A DNA stretch of 64,000 bases from Eubacteriales bacterium (GTDB lineage: Bacteria > Bacillota > Clostridia > Oscillospirales > CAG-382): positions 16,399 to 80,398 of the forward strand of contig JAZPZV010000042.1 of assembly GCA_045544855.1 (NCBI GenBank). The letters run 5' to 3'. Below, in pieces: positions 41,653-54,800 of the stretch (positions within the stretch are counted from its first letter, which is position 1; every line of letters begins with the position of its first letter). Under the pieces are notes generated by a model. That model saw nothing but the letters and a program-made list of their open reading frames with translations. It was not told where the DNA came from and did not search any database. Made by a program: the position numbers and the translations under genes.

Positions 41653-42600
41653 ATGAAGAGAAAAATCGCATTCTTGACAGCCGCATTGCTGACGGTTTGC
41701 CTGCTTTTGTCTTCCTGCGGCAACACGCCGAAGGATCTTAAGATCGTGGGAGAATGGCGCGGGGTGGATCACCGGGACCTTTTGATCTTCCACGAGGACG
41801 GCACCTGTGAATACGTGCACGAGGGTTGGGAAAACGAAGTGATGGCCTGGCGGTACGATCCGGAGGAAGGCTGTCTTTACGTGGATACATACACCAACGT
41901 AGTCATTTCCACGCCCCCGGAAGGGTATTCCCTCTCCCCCGACGAGTCCTATTGCGAAAACAGCCGCGCCGTTGAGACCCACCGCTTTGAGTTGGATGGG
42001 GATTCCTTCTACGTGGAATTGTACCGTTACGGCAAGCAACGCTTCTACCATCCCGACAGCTATGAAGAAGCCCGCCGTGAATACGGGGAAGCGTTACGGG
42101 ATGAACTAAAGGAAGCAACGCGCAAGGCGGAAAAAATATCCGCGGGAGACGAATACGTACTACGGTACGACCGCTGGGATGCGGAGATCACCCTCAAGCT
42201 TTTGAACGTAACCTGTGAGGATCAAAACGTAACCTTGGAGTATGAATGCAGGAACACCGGAAAAGAACGGTTTGACCAATCCATTCTGATCACTCCCAGC
42301 CTCGTCGCACCGTGTCCGTACAGCGGGCTTTCTCAAGTGGGCGGCATGGGCTTGTGGCTGGATGAAGAAGGGAACGAGCTGATGGTCCCTGCGGGAGAAA
42401 CGAAAAAAGGGTTCTACCGGATCGACCTCAGCAAAGCCGACTTTTCCTTCGAGGAAGCACGAAGCTTTTACGGAAGCGTCTTCGGGCTCATCGGCTGGGG
42501 TGCAGAGATCGAGGATTTGGCGGACGTCCCCGGTTATGGCTCTATCCCCATTTATGGCAACTATAAGTACTACATCGACTTGGAAGAATTTCTCTCATAA
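41653..42600 (+). CDS. Lipoprotein, function unknown
   Basis: Lipobox LLLSSCGNTP. 315 aa. No motif recognised. Confidence 0.65.
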   Translation: MKRKIAFLTAALLTVCLLLSSCGNTPKDLKIVGEWRGVDHRDLLIFHEDGTCEYVHEGWENEVMAWRYDPEEGCLYVDTYTNVVISTPPEGYSLSPDESYCENSRAVETHRFELDGDSFYVELYRYGKQRFYHPDSYEEARREYGEALRDELKEATRKAEKISAGDEYVLRYDRWDAEITLKLLNVTCEDQNVTLEYECRNTGKERFDQSILITPSLVAPCPYSGLSQVGGMGLWLDEEGNELMVPAGETKKGFYRIDLSKADFSFEEARSFYGSVFGLIGWGAEIEDLADVPGYGSIPIYGNYKYYIDLEEFLS

Positions 42601-42608
42601 AACGCAAA

Positions 42609-42641
42609 AAGAAGACGGCACACGCCGTCTTCTTCGTTTTG
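42609..42641. terminator. Terminator (bidirectional stem)
   Basis: AAGAAGACGGC-ACA-CGCCGTCTTCTT followed by CGTTTT. The stem sequence resembles the one at 41475. Confidence 0.7.
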
Positions 42642-42647
42642 TATGGA

Positions 42648-42764
42648 TCAATCGTCCCAGTCCAGCTCTTGCTTTAAGATCTTACCGTCGGAAGTACGGA
42701 TGGCACATTCATACTCCGTACGGTCTACACGGCACTCAATCTCATATACCAACGTGCTGTCGCC
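42648..42764 (-). pseudogene. PepSY-domain gene remnant (last 38 codons only, no start)
   Basis: The minus strand translates to ARGDSTLVYEIECRVDRTEYECAIRTSDGKILKQELDWDD*, preceded by an in-frame stop. It matches the C-termini of 55496-56083 (DGKILKQELDWDD*) and 56158-56451 (TLVYEIEF..RTEYEY). Confidence 0.75.
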
Positions 42765-42827
42765 GCGGGCTTACTGCTTCTACATAACAAAAGCCCACCT
42801 TGAGATAGGCAGGCTTTGCTTTGGGAA

Positions 42828-45800
42828 TTATTGGATTTGCTGCATGAGAAGTACGCCGTCGTAAATGGTGAGTTCGCCATCAAAGTCGAAATCGAACACC
42901 ACGTCCGTCTCGGCATTGCCAACAAGAATTGACATCAAAAGCGTCAGGTCGGCTTCTTCCACCGTACCGTTGCCATCCACGTCGAAGTCGGGGGTCTTGT
43001 CACGACTTTCCGTCTCACCGCAGGTCTCGCAGGAGCGTTCCTCCACGCCCGGTGCTACGTCGTACCAGTCGCTCCAGGTGTGGCCTGCAGGCTCTACGTA
43101 ATCGCTTACGTAGCTGTCACCGCATTCACAAGTGTAGGTGGTGTAGCCTTCTTCGGTGCAAGTGGGTTTCGTCACAAATGCATTGTAACTATGACCCGTT
43201 GCAGAGATTGTGTTGGTCTCAAAGTGGTCACAGTTCTTGCAGTCTCTGCGTTCCAAACCGTCTACGGTGCAGGTTGCTTCCGTTACGGTGTACCACTCGT
43301 CAAAAGCATGATCCTTAGCGTTTACGCGGTCTGCAACGTAGCTGTCTCCGCAGCGGCAGGTGTAGGTCGTGTATCCTTGCTCTGTACAAGTGGGTTCGGT
43401 GACGACACCTTCGTACTTATGAACGTGATCCAATCTGGGCAGGGTTTCCGTTTCGGTCTCGCCACAGGTGGTGCAGGTGAAGACCTTTGTGCCCGTGGTC
43501 TCCTCCGTGGGTTCTACGGTCACCTCGCCGCTATCCCAGTTGTGCCCGACGGCGGGGGTGTAGTCTCCGATGTAGAAGTCTCCGCAGTGGCAGGTGTGAG
43601 TGGAATAGCCCTTTTCCGTGCAGGTGGGCGGGGTTACGGTTGCGTGGTAATCGTGCCCGGTTGCAGAAACCTTGTCGGAAACATAGCTATCGCCACAGTG
43701 GCAGGTGTATGTGGTGTAGCCGCCTTCTGTGCAAGTGGGCTTGGTGACAATCGACTCATAAACATGAGGAATCTGTGAAATCGACTGGGTATAGTAATAA
43801 TCACAACGGCTACAATCAATGCGTTCTTGTCCCTGCTCGGTACAAGTGGGCTCTTTTTCTACATACCCAGCACCCATATCGTGTCCAAGAGCACCTATAT
43901 AGTATGCAATATATTGATCGCCGCAATGACAAATATTGGTTACATAGCCCTCCTCCGTACATGTGGGCGGGGTTTCTACGGACGAATATGCATGGCCGGT
44001 GCTCCAAACGTAATCTGCATAGTAAGAATCACCACAATGGCATTCATATACGTTGTATCCGTTTTCGGTACAAGTGGGCGCAACCGTATCCACTATTTCA
44101 TAGGTATGACCGGTGGGAGGAATTTCAATATAGGTGCTGTAATTGCAACGACTGCATTCCTCGTATTCCTGCCAGCCAATATCCAAGCAAGTGGGAGCTT
44201 TTGCACCATGTTTTGTAAGATCGTGACCCAGTTTTGGAATCTCGACATAGGTAGAATATTCACAGTAACGACATTTCTGATACTCCTCCCATCCGTTTGC
44301 CGTGCAAGTTGCTTCTCTCTTGGGAACGGTGACCAATTCGTGTTGATGCCAAACGGCGATCAATTCCAAATCTCCGGTTACCGTCATGTTCTCAACATAG
44401 TTCTGCCATTCCACAAAAACGTAGTCCAGCAAAACAGGGTCGGCAGGTAGCTCGACAGTAGCACCGTAAGGCAGTGTCTGCACCAAATAAATTTCATCGG
44501 TGACGGAGTCGCGGAACGTGACGGTATAGTTCTTTACTGTCTTTTGGATTACCGCAACAGCATCAAGGGGTACCGCTGTTGTTGCCGGAATCGGATCCGG
44601 CAAACCGTCTCCATCAAGATCCCAACCGATCAATTCGGCTGTGTACTGCGCATCCGAAAGCGGTTCGTATACCGGTCTGCGTACGATCGCAGAGTTGAGT
44701 CGAGGCTCGCAGTAAAGGACGTTTCCGTTCTCGTCGTAGAAGTATACCCACGACCATTGATCGGCATAATATACCCTATTTCCATTGTTCCATCCGGGGA
44801 AATTGTCGTCCCAACGCAAGTCCTCCTCAAGGAATTCCACAAAGATCGTAATGCCTGAAACGCCATTAAAAATGTAAAGATTTTCTCTCAATGCCATCGG
44901 ATCAACGCGATCTGTAATGACAACGTTTTTCAATACGCTCGTATTTGAGTTAAGCACTCCGCGAATGAATTTGGTAAGAATCAAGGTCTCTACATTAGAT
45001 GTACCATCCAAGGTATTGATGGCGTTTTTTAACAAGTGACGTCCGTAGAATACACTGTCTGCAACCAAACGAATCGATTTTATGTTGGGAAGATATTTTG
45101 TGTGTTGATCTACGTCTAACAGGCAGCCATCGATCAGCAAGCAGCCATTTTTGTAGTACAAGGGGTTGTTGTATAGTTCGTCACAGCCGGAGAAGGCATC
45201 ATCACCAATCGAGGTCACGCTGTCCGGAATGACCACGCTGGTCAAACTGTTACAACCTTCGAAGGCAGAAAAACCAATCGAGGTCACGCCCTTCGAAATG
45301 ACCACGCTGGTCAAGCTGCTGCAGTTGCAGAAGGCAACATTACCAATCTCAGTCACGCTGCCCGGAATTACTACGTCAGTCAAGCCGCTGCAGTTGAAGA
45401 AGGCAGAAGAACCAATCGAGGTCACACTGTCAGGAATGACAATGCTTGTCAAGTTGCTGCAACCGCGGAAGGCATTACTATCAATTGAAGTGAAGCCCTC
45501 TGGAATGACTACGTGCGTTGCACCACGGAAATTTCTTATCGTATAAACAAATCCATTGATTGTCAGCGGCAAGGTAACCGTGCTTTCTTCTCCCAAATAT
45601 GCTCTCAATACATAGATATCGTTGCCTTCGTAATCTTTCTCGATGGCAAATAGGAATTTTTCCTCTGTTACAAGGTATTCATTTCCATCGTCACGACACA
45701 ATACATTTCCGGTAGCATCTACAATTATCAATGCGTTATATGCAATACCACCATATTCTTCGCCAAAACCAATCGGAAGACTGCTGTTGTTGTATACAAG

Positions 45801-48800
45801 CAGAATGTTACAACGGGAGAAGGCATAAGAACCAATCTCCGTTACGCCCTCCGGGATGACTACGCTAGTCAAACTGCTGCAGTTCTGGAAGGCACCAAAA
45901 CCAATCGAGGTCACGCTGTCACGGATGACTACGCTGGTCAAACTGCTACCGCCGTCGAAGGCATAAGAACCAATCTCAGTCACGCCTTCCGGAATCACTA
46001 CGCTGGTCAAACTGCTGCAGTTGTAGAAGGCAGAAGAACCAATCTCAGTCACGCTGTCCGGGATAACAACGCTGGTCAAACTGCTGCAGTTGTAGAAGGC
46101 AGAAGAACCAATCTCAGTCACGCTGTCCGGAATGACCACGCTGGTCAAACTGCTGCAGTTATAGAAGGCCCAGTCCCCAATCGAGGTCACGCTGTCCGGG
46201 ATAACAACGCCGGTCAAACTGCTGCATCCATAGAAGGCATCATCACCAATCGAGGTCACGCTGTCAGGGATGACAATGCTGGTCAAACTGCTGCAGTTAT
46301 AGAAGGCCCCGTCCCCAATCGAGGTCACGCCGTTTGGAATCGAAACTGTAGTAATATTGGGAGAAACATATAAAATACACGTCAGATCCGAATCGTACAC
46401 AACCCCATCAATGACATGATACTTGTCCAATTGTGCAAAGGTTATTGTTGTGCAGCTAGGGAACACATTTCTCTCCATTCGGGGAATTCCCCCCTTGAAA
46501 ATCACTTCGCGTAAGTTTTCACAACCCGCGAAGGCCCCCCCTCCGATGTAACTCACACTGTCGGGGATGACAACGCTAGTCAAACTGCTGCAGTTCTGGA
46601 AGCCGCCATAAATCTCAGTCACACCGTTTGGGATGACCACGCTGGTCAAGCTGCTACAACCTTCGAAGGCAGAATAACCAATCGAAGTAACACTGTCCGG
46701 GATGACTACACCGGTCAAACTGCTGCAACCGCGGAAGGCATCTTGCCCAATCGAGGTCACACTATCCGGGATTACAACACTCGTCAAACTGCTGCAACCA
46801 CAGAAGGCAGAATAACCAATCGAGATCACGCCCTCCGGGATGACTACACCGGTCAAACTGCTGCAACCGTCAAAGGCCCAATCTCCAATTGAGGTCACAC
46901 TGTCCGGGATTACTATGCCGGTCAAACTGCTGCAACCTTTGAAGGCAGAATAACCAATCGAGGTCACGCCCTCCGGGATGACAATGCTTGTCAAACTGCT
47001 GCAACCGCCAAAGGCCCAATCTCCAATTGAGGTCACACTGTCCGGGATTACTATGCCGGTCAAACTGCTACAGCCGTAGAAGGCAGAAGAACCAATGGAG
47101 GTCACACTGTCCGGGATGACAATGCTGGTCAAACTGCTACAGCCGTAGAAGGCAGAATAACCAATCGAGGTCACACCGTCAGGAATGATAACGCTGGTCA
47201 AACTGCTACAGCTGGAGAAAGCAGAATTTCCAATGAGAGTCACACTGTCAGGGATGACAATGCTGGCCAAACTGCTGCATCCGGAGAAGGCATAGGATCT
47301 AATCGAAGTCACACCTTGCGGAATAGAAACAGTAGTAACATTGGGAGCAACGTATAAGATATTTGACAAGTCTAAGCTGTACACGATTCCATCAATGACA
47401 CGATACTTGTCCAACTGCGTAAAGGATATAGTTGTATGGATTGGAAATACATCCCCTCCCATTTGAGGAATATCTCCGGTGATAATCAACTCGCGCAATT
47501 GTTCACATCCGTCAAAGGCAGAATCACCAATTGAGGTCACGCCCTCCGGGATGACTACGCTAGTCAAACTGCTGCAGTTCTGGAAGGCACCAAAACCAAT
47601 CGAGGTCACGCTGTCAGGGATGACTACGTCGGTCAAACTGCTGCAACCGCGGAAGGCCCAATCACCAATCGAGGTCACGCTGTTCGGGATGACTACGCTA
47701 GTCAAAGCACTGCAACCTTTGAAGGCAGAATAACCAATCGAGGTCACGCTGTCCGGGATAACTACGCTGGTCAAACTGCTGCAACCGTCAAAGGCCCAAT
47801 CTCCAATTGAGGTCACGCTGTTCGGGATAACTACGCCGGTCAAACTGCTGCAACCAGAGAAGGCATCATCACCAATCGAGGTCACGCTGTCCGGAATGAC
47901 CACGCTGGTCAAACTGCTGCAACCAGAGAAGGCATCATCACCAATCGAGGTCACGCCTTCTGGAATCACCATATGCGTTGCGCCACGGAAATTTATTATC
48001 GTATAAACGAACCCATTGATTGTCAGCGGTAAGGTAACCGTGCTTTCGTCACCAAAATACCCAACTAACATATAAAAATCTTTGCCCTCATAGTCTTTCG
48101 AAACGGCAAAAAGAAATTGATCATCCGTCAAAAAGTATTCGTTTCCATCGGCACGATAAAAAGCATTTCCGGCAGCGTCTACAATCATCAATGCCTTATC
48201 TGCAATGTTGCCATACCCACCGCTGAAATCAATCGGAAGACTACTGTTATTATATATACTCAGAATGTTACAGCCGGAAAATGCACCAGAACCAATCGAA
48301 GTCACGCTGTCCGGGATGACAATGCTGGTCAAACTGCTACATCCGGCGAAGGCACCATTCCCAATCGAGGTCACGCCCTCTGGGATAACAACGCTGGTCA
48401 AACTTCTGCAGTAGGAGAAGGCATATTCCCCAATCGAGGTCACGCCCTCTGGGATAACAACGCTGGTCAAACTTCTGCAGTTGGAGAAGGCACCAAAATC
48501 AATCGAGGTCACGCTGTCAGGGATGACTACGTCGGTCAAACTGCTGCAACCAGAGAAGGCACCATCACCAATCGAGGTCACGCTGCCCGGAATTACTACG
48601 TCAGTCAAACTGCTGCAACCGCGGAAGGCATCTCGCCCAATCGAGGTCACACTATCCGGGATTACTACGCTGGTCAAACTGCTACAGCCGTCGAAGGCAT
48701 AAGAACCAATCTCAGTCACGCCTTCCGGAATCACTACGCTGGTCAAGCTGCTACAACCGGAGAAGGCATTATTACCAATCGAGGTCACGCTGTCAGGGAT

Positions 48801-51800
48801 GACTACGTCGGTCAAACTGCTGCAACCAGAGAAGGCACCATCACCAATCGAGGTCACGCTGTCGGGGAGTACAATGCTTGTCAAACTGCTGCAGTTATAG
48901 AATGCGTAATGTCCAATGGAGGTCACGCCCTCTTGGATGACTACGCTCGTCAAACTGCTGCAGTAGGAGAAGGCATATTCCCCAATCGAGGTCACGCCCT
49001 CTTGGATAACAACGCTCGTCAAACTGCTGCAGTAGGAGAAGGCATATTCCCCAATCGAGGTCACGCCCTCTGGGATAACAACGCTGGTCAAACTGCTGCA
49101 GTTCTGGAAGGCATGTTCCCCAATCGAGGTCACGCTGTCAGGGATGACTACGTCGGTCAAACTGCTGCAACCAGAGAAGGCACCATCACCAATCGAGGTC
49201 ACGCTGTTCGGGATGACCGCGCTCGTCAAACTGCTACAGCCGGAGAAGACATACCCACCAATTTCAGTCACGCCCTCCGGGATGACAATGCCGGTCAAGC
49301 TGCTGCAGTTATAGAAGGCCCAGTCCCCAATCGAGGTCACGCCGTTTGGAATTAAAATGCTGGTCAAACTGCTACAGCCGTAGAAGGCAGAATAACCAAT
49401 GGAGGTCACACTGTCCGGGATGACAATGCTGGTCAAACTGCTACAGCCGTAGAAGGCAGAATAACCAATCGAGGTAACGCCCTCCGGGATAACAACGTTT
49501 GTCAAACTGCTACAGCCGGAGAAGACAGACCAACCAATTTCAGTCACGCTGCCGGAGATGACAACGCCGGTCAAGCTGCTGCAGCCCGAGAAGGCGCCAT
49601 CAATCGAGGTAACCCCATCTGCAAAGACGACTGAGCCGGTAATTCCGACACCAAAATGTCCAGATCTGGCCTCCGGATAGACGAAATATCCCGATTGCCA
49701 ATACGTAGTAATGGTATTGGTAAGTTCATATTTTGCGGTTGTGCCTTTAAACGCATCATTCCACAATGCACTCACACTATGAGGAACATTGATCGTCTCC
49801 AGCGTAGAGCAGTTATAGAAACCGTAAAGCCCTACAAAAGTGATGCCATCGGTAATGGTTACCGTTTTCAGAGAAGTGGGCACATAAGTCTGATTGGCTA
49901 CATACGAACCCGCGCCGAAGATATAGCCGAACCAGGAGAGTTCCTCATCCTCGTAGGAGGCGCCAATGAAGGGAAGGGTAACTTCCGTGAGCCGGTTGCA
50001 TTCTTCAAAGGCGCCGATGCCGATGATCAGATCCCACTGATTGGTATCTGGGATGGTCAGCTTGGTGATCTTGGTACCAAGGAAAGCATACGGGCCAATA
50101 TCGATCAGCGTTTCGGGGGTAGTAAATTCGCCGCCAATGGAGGTATATGCAAAGGCGTAGTCGTAGATACCCTTGACTGCGTTGTTTTCGCTTAGGGGGA
50201 GCTTGTTAATCTTTGTGCATCCATAGAAGGCAAAATCGGAGATCTCCACGATAGCATCGGGGATAACGAGATTCTCCAAATTGATATCGCCGCAGAAGGC
50301 GCCTTCGTAGATGCCCTTCAGCTTGTTGCCCTCTGCAAAGGTGACGGTTTGGAGCTTTTCGCAGTAGGCGAATGCGTAGTAGTCAATGGAAACAACGCTT
50401 GCGGGGACGTGGATGGCCGTGAGGTTTTTCGCGCCAAAGAAAGCGCGGTAGCCAAAGGTCAGAATATTAGCATTGGGATCAAAGAGAACCTCGTCCAGTG
50501 CCGTGTTTTCGAAGGCACCGAATCCGATCTCTTCCACAGAAATCGGCACGGTCAAAGAACCCGTTCTGCCCGCCGGTACAGTGACCAGCTTTCTGCCGGA
50601 TTTGGTAAGAAGGAGCCCATCAACAGATTTGTAATTGGGGTTGTTTTCATCCACGGTAATGGAAGAAAGCTTTTCCAAGCCCACGAAGCAGTATTCACCG
50701 ATGTAGGTGACATTTGCGGGGATATGAAGGCTTTCCAGTCCTGTGTTGTAGAACACGTTGCTCAGCAGACGGATGCCACCGCTGTTGCCGAAGGAAACGG
50801 TCTTCAAGGTGAGAATATCCCGGAATGCATTGTGATTCACCGTTTTCATGCCGTCGGGCAGAGTGACTGTAGTCAACTTAGTGCCCATAAAGGCGTTCCG
50901 GGGGATCTCTTCCAATGCGATACCCTTCTCGAAGGTCACGGAGGAGATACTGCTCTTTTGGAATACGCCTGTGCCGAGGGTGGTGACAGAGGCAGGAATT
51001 GCGACGGAAGTCAGCTTGTCCGTTCTCTCGAAAGCGTACTGCTCAATGGTGGCAAGGGAAGCATTCTCTGCAAAGGTGAGGCTTTCGATAGCGGAGTAGG
51101 CAAAGGCTTCTCGACCAATGAAGGTAACGGATGCGGGGATGGCAATGCTCTTCAGAGGTGCGTATTGGAAGGCCTCCGCCTGGATGGAGGTCAGTGTTTC
51201 GGGCAAGACGATGGTCTCCACCGTACTGTCCTCAAAAGCACTGCCGCCGATGACGGAAATGGGCGCACCAAGGTTGACGGTAGTCAGATCCACCGTCTTA
51301 TCGGTTCCCAAGTATTCAATGATGGCGATGTTGCCGGAGGTGAGGGTGGCGTACTTGTAGTCGCCTACGGTCTCTACGTTGGTCACACCGGTGTAATAGC
51401 CGCGGATGCCGTGATCCCAGTTCTCGTCCAGATAGGCGGGCATGGTTTCGGAAGCTAAGTAAAGATCAAGGTCATTGGTGCCCAAGAAAGCATAGCTTCC
51501 GATATGTTCAAGAGATTCGGGGAGAGAAAGTTCGGACAAAGACTTGCAACCGTAGAAGGCGTAGCGGCCTACGTTCTTAACGGTAGAGGGCAAATTCAGA
51601 GTCCTTAAGCGATAGCAGAAACGGAATGCGAAGTTATCGATATTTTCCAGTTTGGCATCGCCGAAATCAACGGAAGTAAGATTATCCATACCTTCCAGAC
51701 CGTGCGCCTGGATAGAAGTCAATTTACTTCCGGGCATAAAGGTGATGGACTGCAGGTTGGTACAACCGTCGAACATATAGGCGGAGATGCTCTCCAGCTT

Positions 51801-54800
51801 GCTGTTTTCGGCAAAGGTAACGGATGATAACCAAGGACAGCCTACAAACACGCCCTGTGCCATAGTGGAAACGTTGGCAGGCACGGTAAAGGACCGCAAG
51901 CCGGTATATGCGAATGCGCCATAGCTCAGACGAGGGATTTTCGCGTTTTCGCCAAAGGTGATGGATCCAAGATTCCAATCTTCTGCAAAGGCATATCTTC
52001 CGATCTGCAGAACGTTATCGGGAATATGTACATACGGTAAACTACTGCATCGATAGAAAGCATACTCGGCAATTTGCACCAAGGCTTCCGGAAATTGAAT
52101 GGAGGATAGATTACGGTTTTGGCAAAAAGCGCCTTCCATAATATTCGTCAGCGTAGAAGGCAACGTATAGGTAGACGCACCACAATCAATAAAGGCGTAC
52201 TCATTGATGATGGAAAGCCCCTCCGGAATGTTCACGTGGCGAAGATATACCGTTCCGGCAAAGGAATAGGATTGAATGGTGCGAACAGTAGATTCCAAAG
52301 AATAGGTGTCGATATTCTTGCCTGCCGGGAAGGCGCAAATGGTAACGTTATCCAACGTGTAGACAATACCGTCAAGGTCGTGGTATACGGTATTGCCCGC
52401 CTCAATGATAATGTCCGTTAAAGAAGAGCAATATGCAAATACGCCATCGCCGAGATATGTAACGCTCGCAGGAATGCTCACAGTTTCCAATCCCGTTGCT
52501 GCAAACGCCATATCCCCTATTGAATTCAATTTTTGCGGCAACGTGATTGCAGGGAGATAACAACCAAAGAAGGCAGAATCTCCGATTGTGAATAGCTCAC
52601 TGTTTTCGGGGAAGGTTACCCGGCTAAGCGGATTGTTTTCAAAAGCGCCGTCGTCGATCAAAACAACCGAAGCCGGAATACTGATTTCGCGAATAGAACA
52701 ACTGGAAAATGCCGTTTCTCCAATAGACTGCAACCTACTGTCGGAAGCAAAAGTCACAGAAACGAGTCCGCTCTTCTCAAAAGCACCACTGCCAATAGAC
52801 ACAACCTGTGCCGGGATTTCAATTTTATGCAACGAGGAACAACCGGAGAAAGCATCATCCGCTATTTCAGTCAAGCCGCTGCCGATATGCACAGAAGAAA
52901 GCTCGACATTGCCGACGAAAGATCCCCCGCCCATTTCTACCACCGAGTCGGGCAAGAACAAAGTTTCCAGAGTTGAGCCCTCAAAAGCGGATCCACCAAT
53001 GGTCTGCACTTGGTTCAGATCTACTTCGTCGATCCGCGCGTACGCAAAGGCACAGTCGGCAATGGAAATCGTCTGCTCGGGCAAGGCGTAAGTTCTTCCC
53101 CTTGCGGCGGGATACGCAACCAGTGTGCTTTGGGTAGCATTGTAAAGCACACCATCGGGGGCAGTAAAATAGGCATTCCCTGCTTGCACCTTAATTTCAT
53201 ATAGGGAAATGTCTCCCAAAAACGCAGTGGCGTTAATGCTTTCCAAAGCGGCAGGCAGTTCAATGGTCCTCAGTTTTCCGCACCCGCTGAAAGCATAGTT
53301 CCCAACAGTTTTCAACTTGCTGACGCCTGTAAACGCAATGGTAGAAAGACGGATATTATCTACAAACGCATATTCCCCGATAGAAGTAACGTTCTCCGGA
53401 ATATACATACTCACAAGGTTGGAACACCCTTGGAAAGCATACCACTTGATGGTGGTCAGACCGGAAGGCAAGCCCACCTCACGCAGTCTGGTCTGTCCCG
53501 CAAACGCAAACTCACCGATGGAGGAAACGATTTTCCCGTTGATCTTTTCAGGGATCGTAATAAAGCGGCGTCTGCCGGTATAAGAACGGATCTCGATAGT
53601 ACCGTCTTCCAACTCTACGTAAGTAAAAGGAACTCCATCATCTTCGTTGACCCACTTGGCATAAAGGGTAATGTCGTCGTAGAACTTATCTTCGTAGTAG
53701 ACGTATTCCTGGGTAAAGGTATCGTCATAGTACCAGCCATCGAATACTGCATAAAGCCTTTCCGGCTCGGGAAGCTCTTGCAGAGTATGGCCCTTGATAA
53801 ATAACGCCTCGTCGTTCTCCAGCTCGTCGGTGAGCATATCGAAGGTAATGATGCGTCTCTCTTCCAGCAAAAAAGCATTCATATCCAACGCACCGAAGCC
53901 GTAGGTCCAATCTCGACCCAAGTCTCCCAAATCGAAAGAGGAAGCGTACAGAACCTCGGTAACATCCTCAACCATGATATAGGGATTGTTTTGCATAAAC
54001 AAGGAAACAGCACCGGCAACCACGGGAGAAGACAGCGAAGTGCCGTTCATGGTACCGTAATCGCCGCCCATTTGTGCGGTGTAGATAGTACCGGGGGCAA
54101 CCACGTCAACATTCTCACCGTAGTTGGAATAATCAGCCAGTTCCCAGCTATCAGCAGCCAATGCACCTACACCGATAACGTTAGGATCCGCCGCAGGATA
54201 CATTAAAGAAGAGGTTCCATCATTACCCGCTGCCGCCACGCACACGATATCGCTGTCAACAGCAAGCTGCGTTGCTGCCGCAAAGGGATTGGATGCTTCA
54301 TACGTGCCGAAGGACATATTGATGACTTGCACGTCTCGCTCAATGGCGTAGTAAAGACCGAAGACCAAGTCGGAGCTACGCTTGAAAGTACCGTTTTCGT
54401 CACACTCCGCCTTGATAACGATGATGTTCACGTTGGGCGCAATACCGACGATACCATCTCCGTTCATAGACGCGGCAAGAACACCGGTCACGGCGGTACC
54501 GTGGCCTTGCTCATCTTCGATCAAAGACCAGTCATAATTACCGTTTTCGTCCGTCCAGTCCTTAACGATCTTATCCTCCGTGGCGTTGTAAGAATACTCA
54601 CTGATACGCCCGGCAAACTCGGGATGATCCGTATCAATACCCGTGTCGATGACCGCTACCGTAACACCCCAACCGGTGTAGGAACTCCAAACGTCCTTCA
54701 TGTTGAGATAATCCAGGTAAGTTTGGAGTTCATAGTCTGTATCGGAAACGGAGTACGTAGGACGAGTAGGCAGTCTCTCCCCTGTCGTCTCCTCCTCTGT

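Noticed and set aside
48117-49355. 412-aa plus-strand ORF, and 50349-51458 (369 aa), inside the giant gene
   Set aside because: These are antisense artefacts of the repeat array. They translate to monotonous GHA.RDD..GQTA repeats and have no start context.
45170-49640. Regular 69-nt periodicity that could be mistaken for a CRISPR or satellite array
   Set aside because: There is no repeat/unique-spacer alternation. The whole array is in frame within one ORF and encodes 23-aa LRR units. No cas genes are present.
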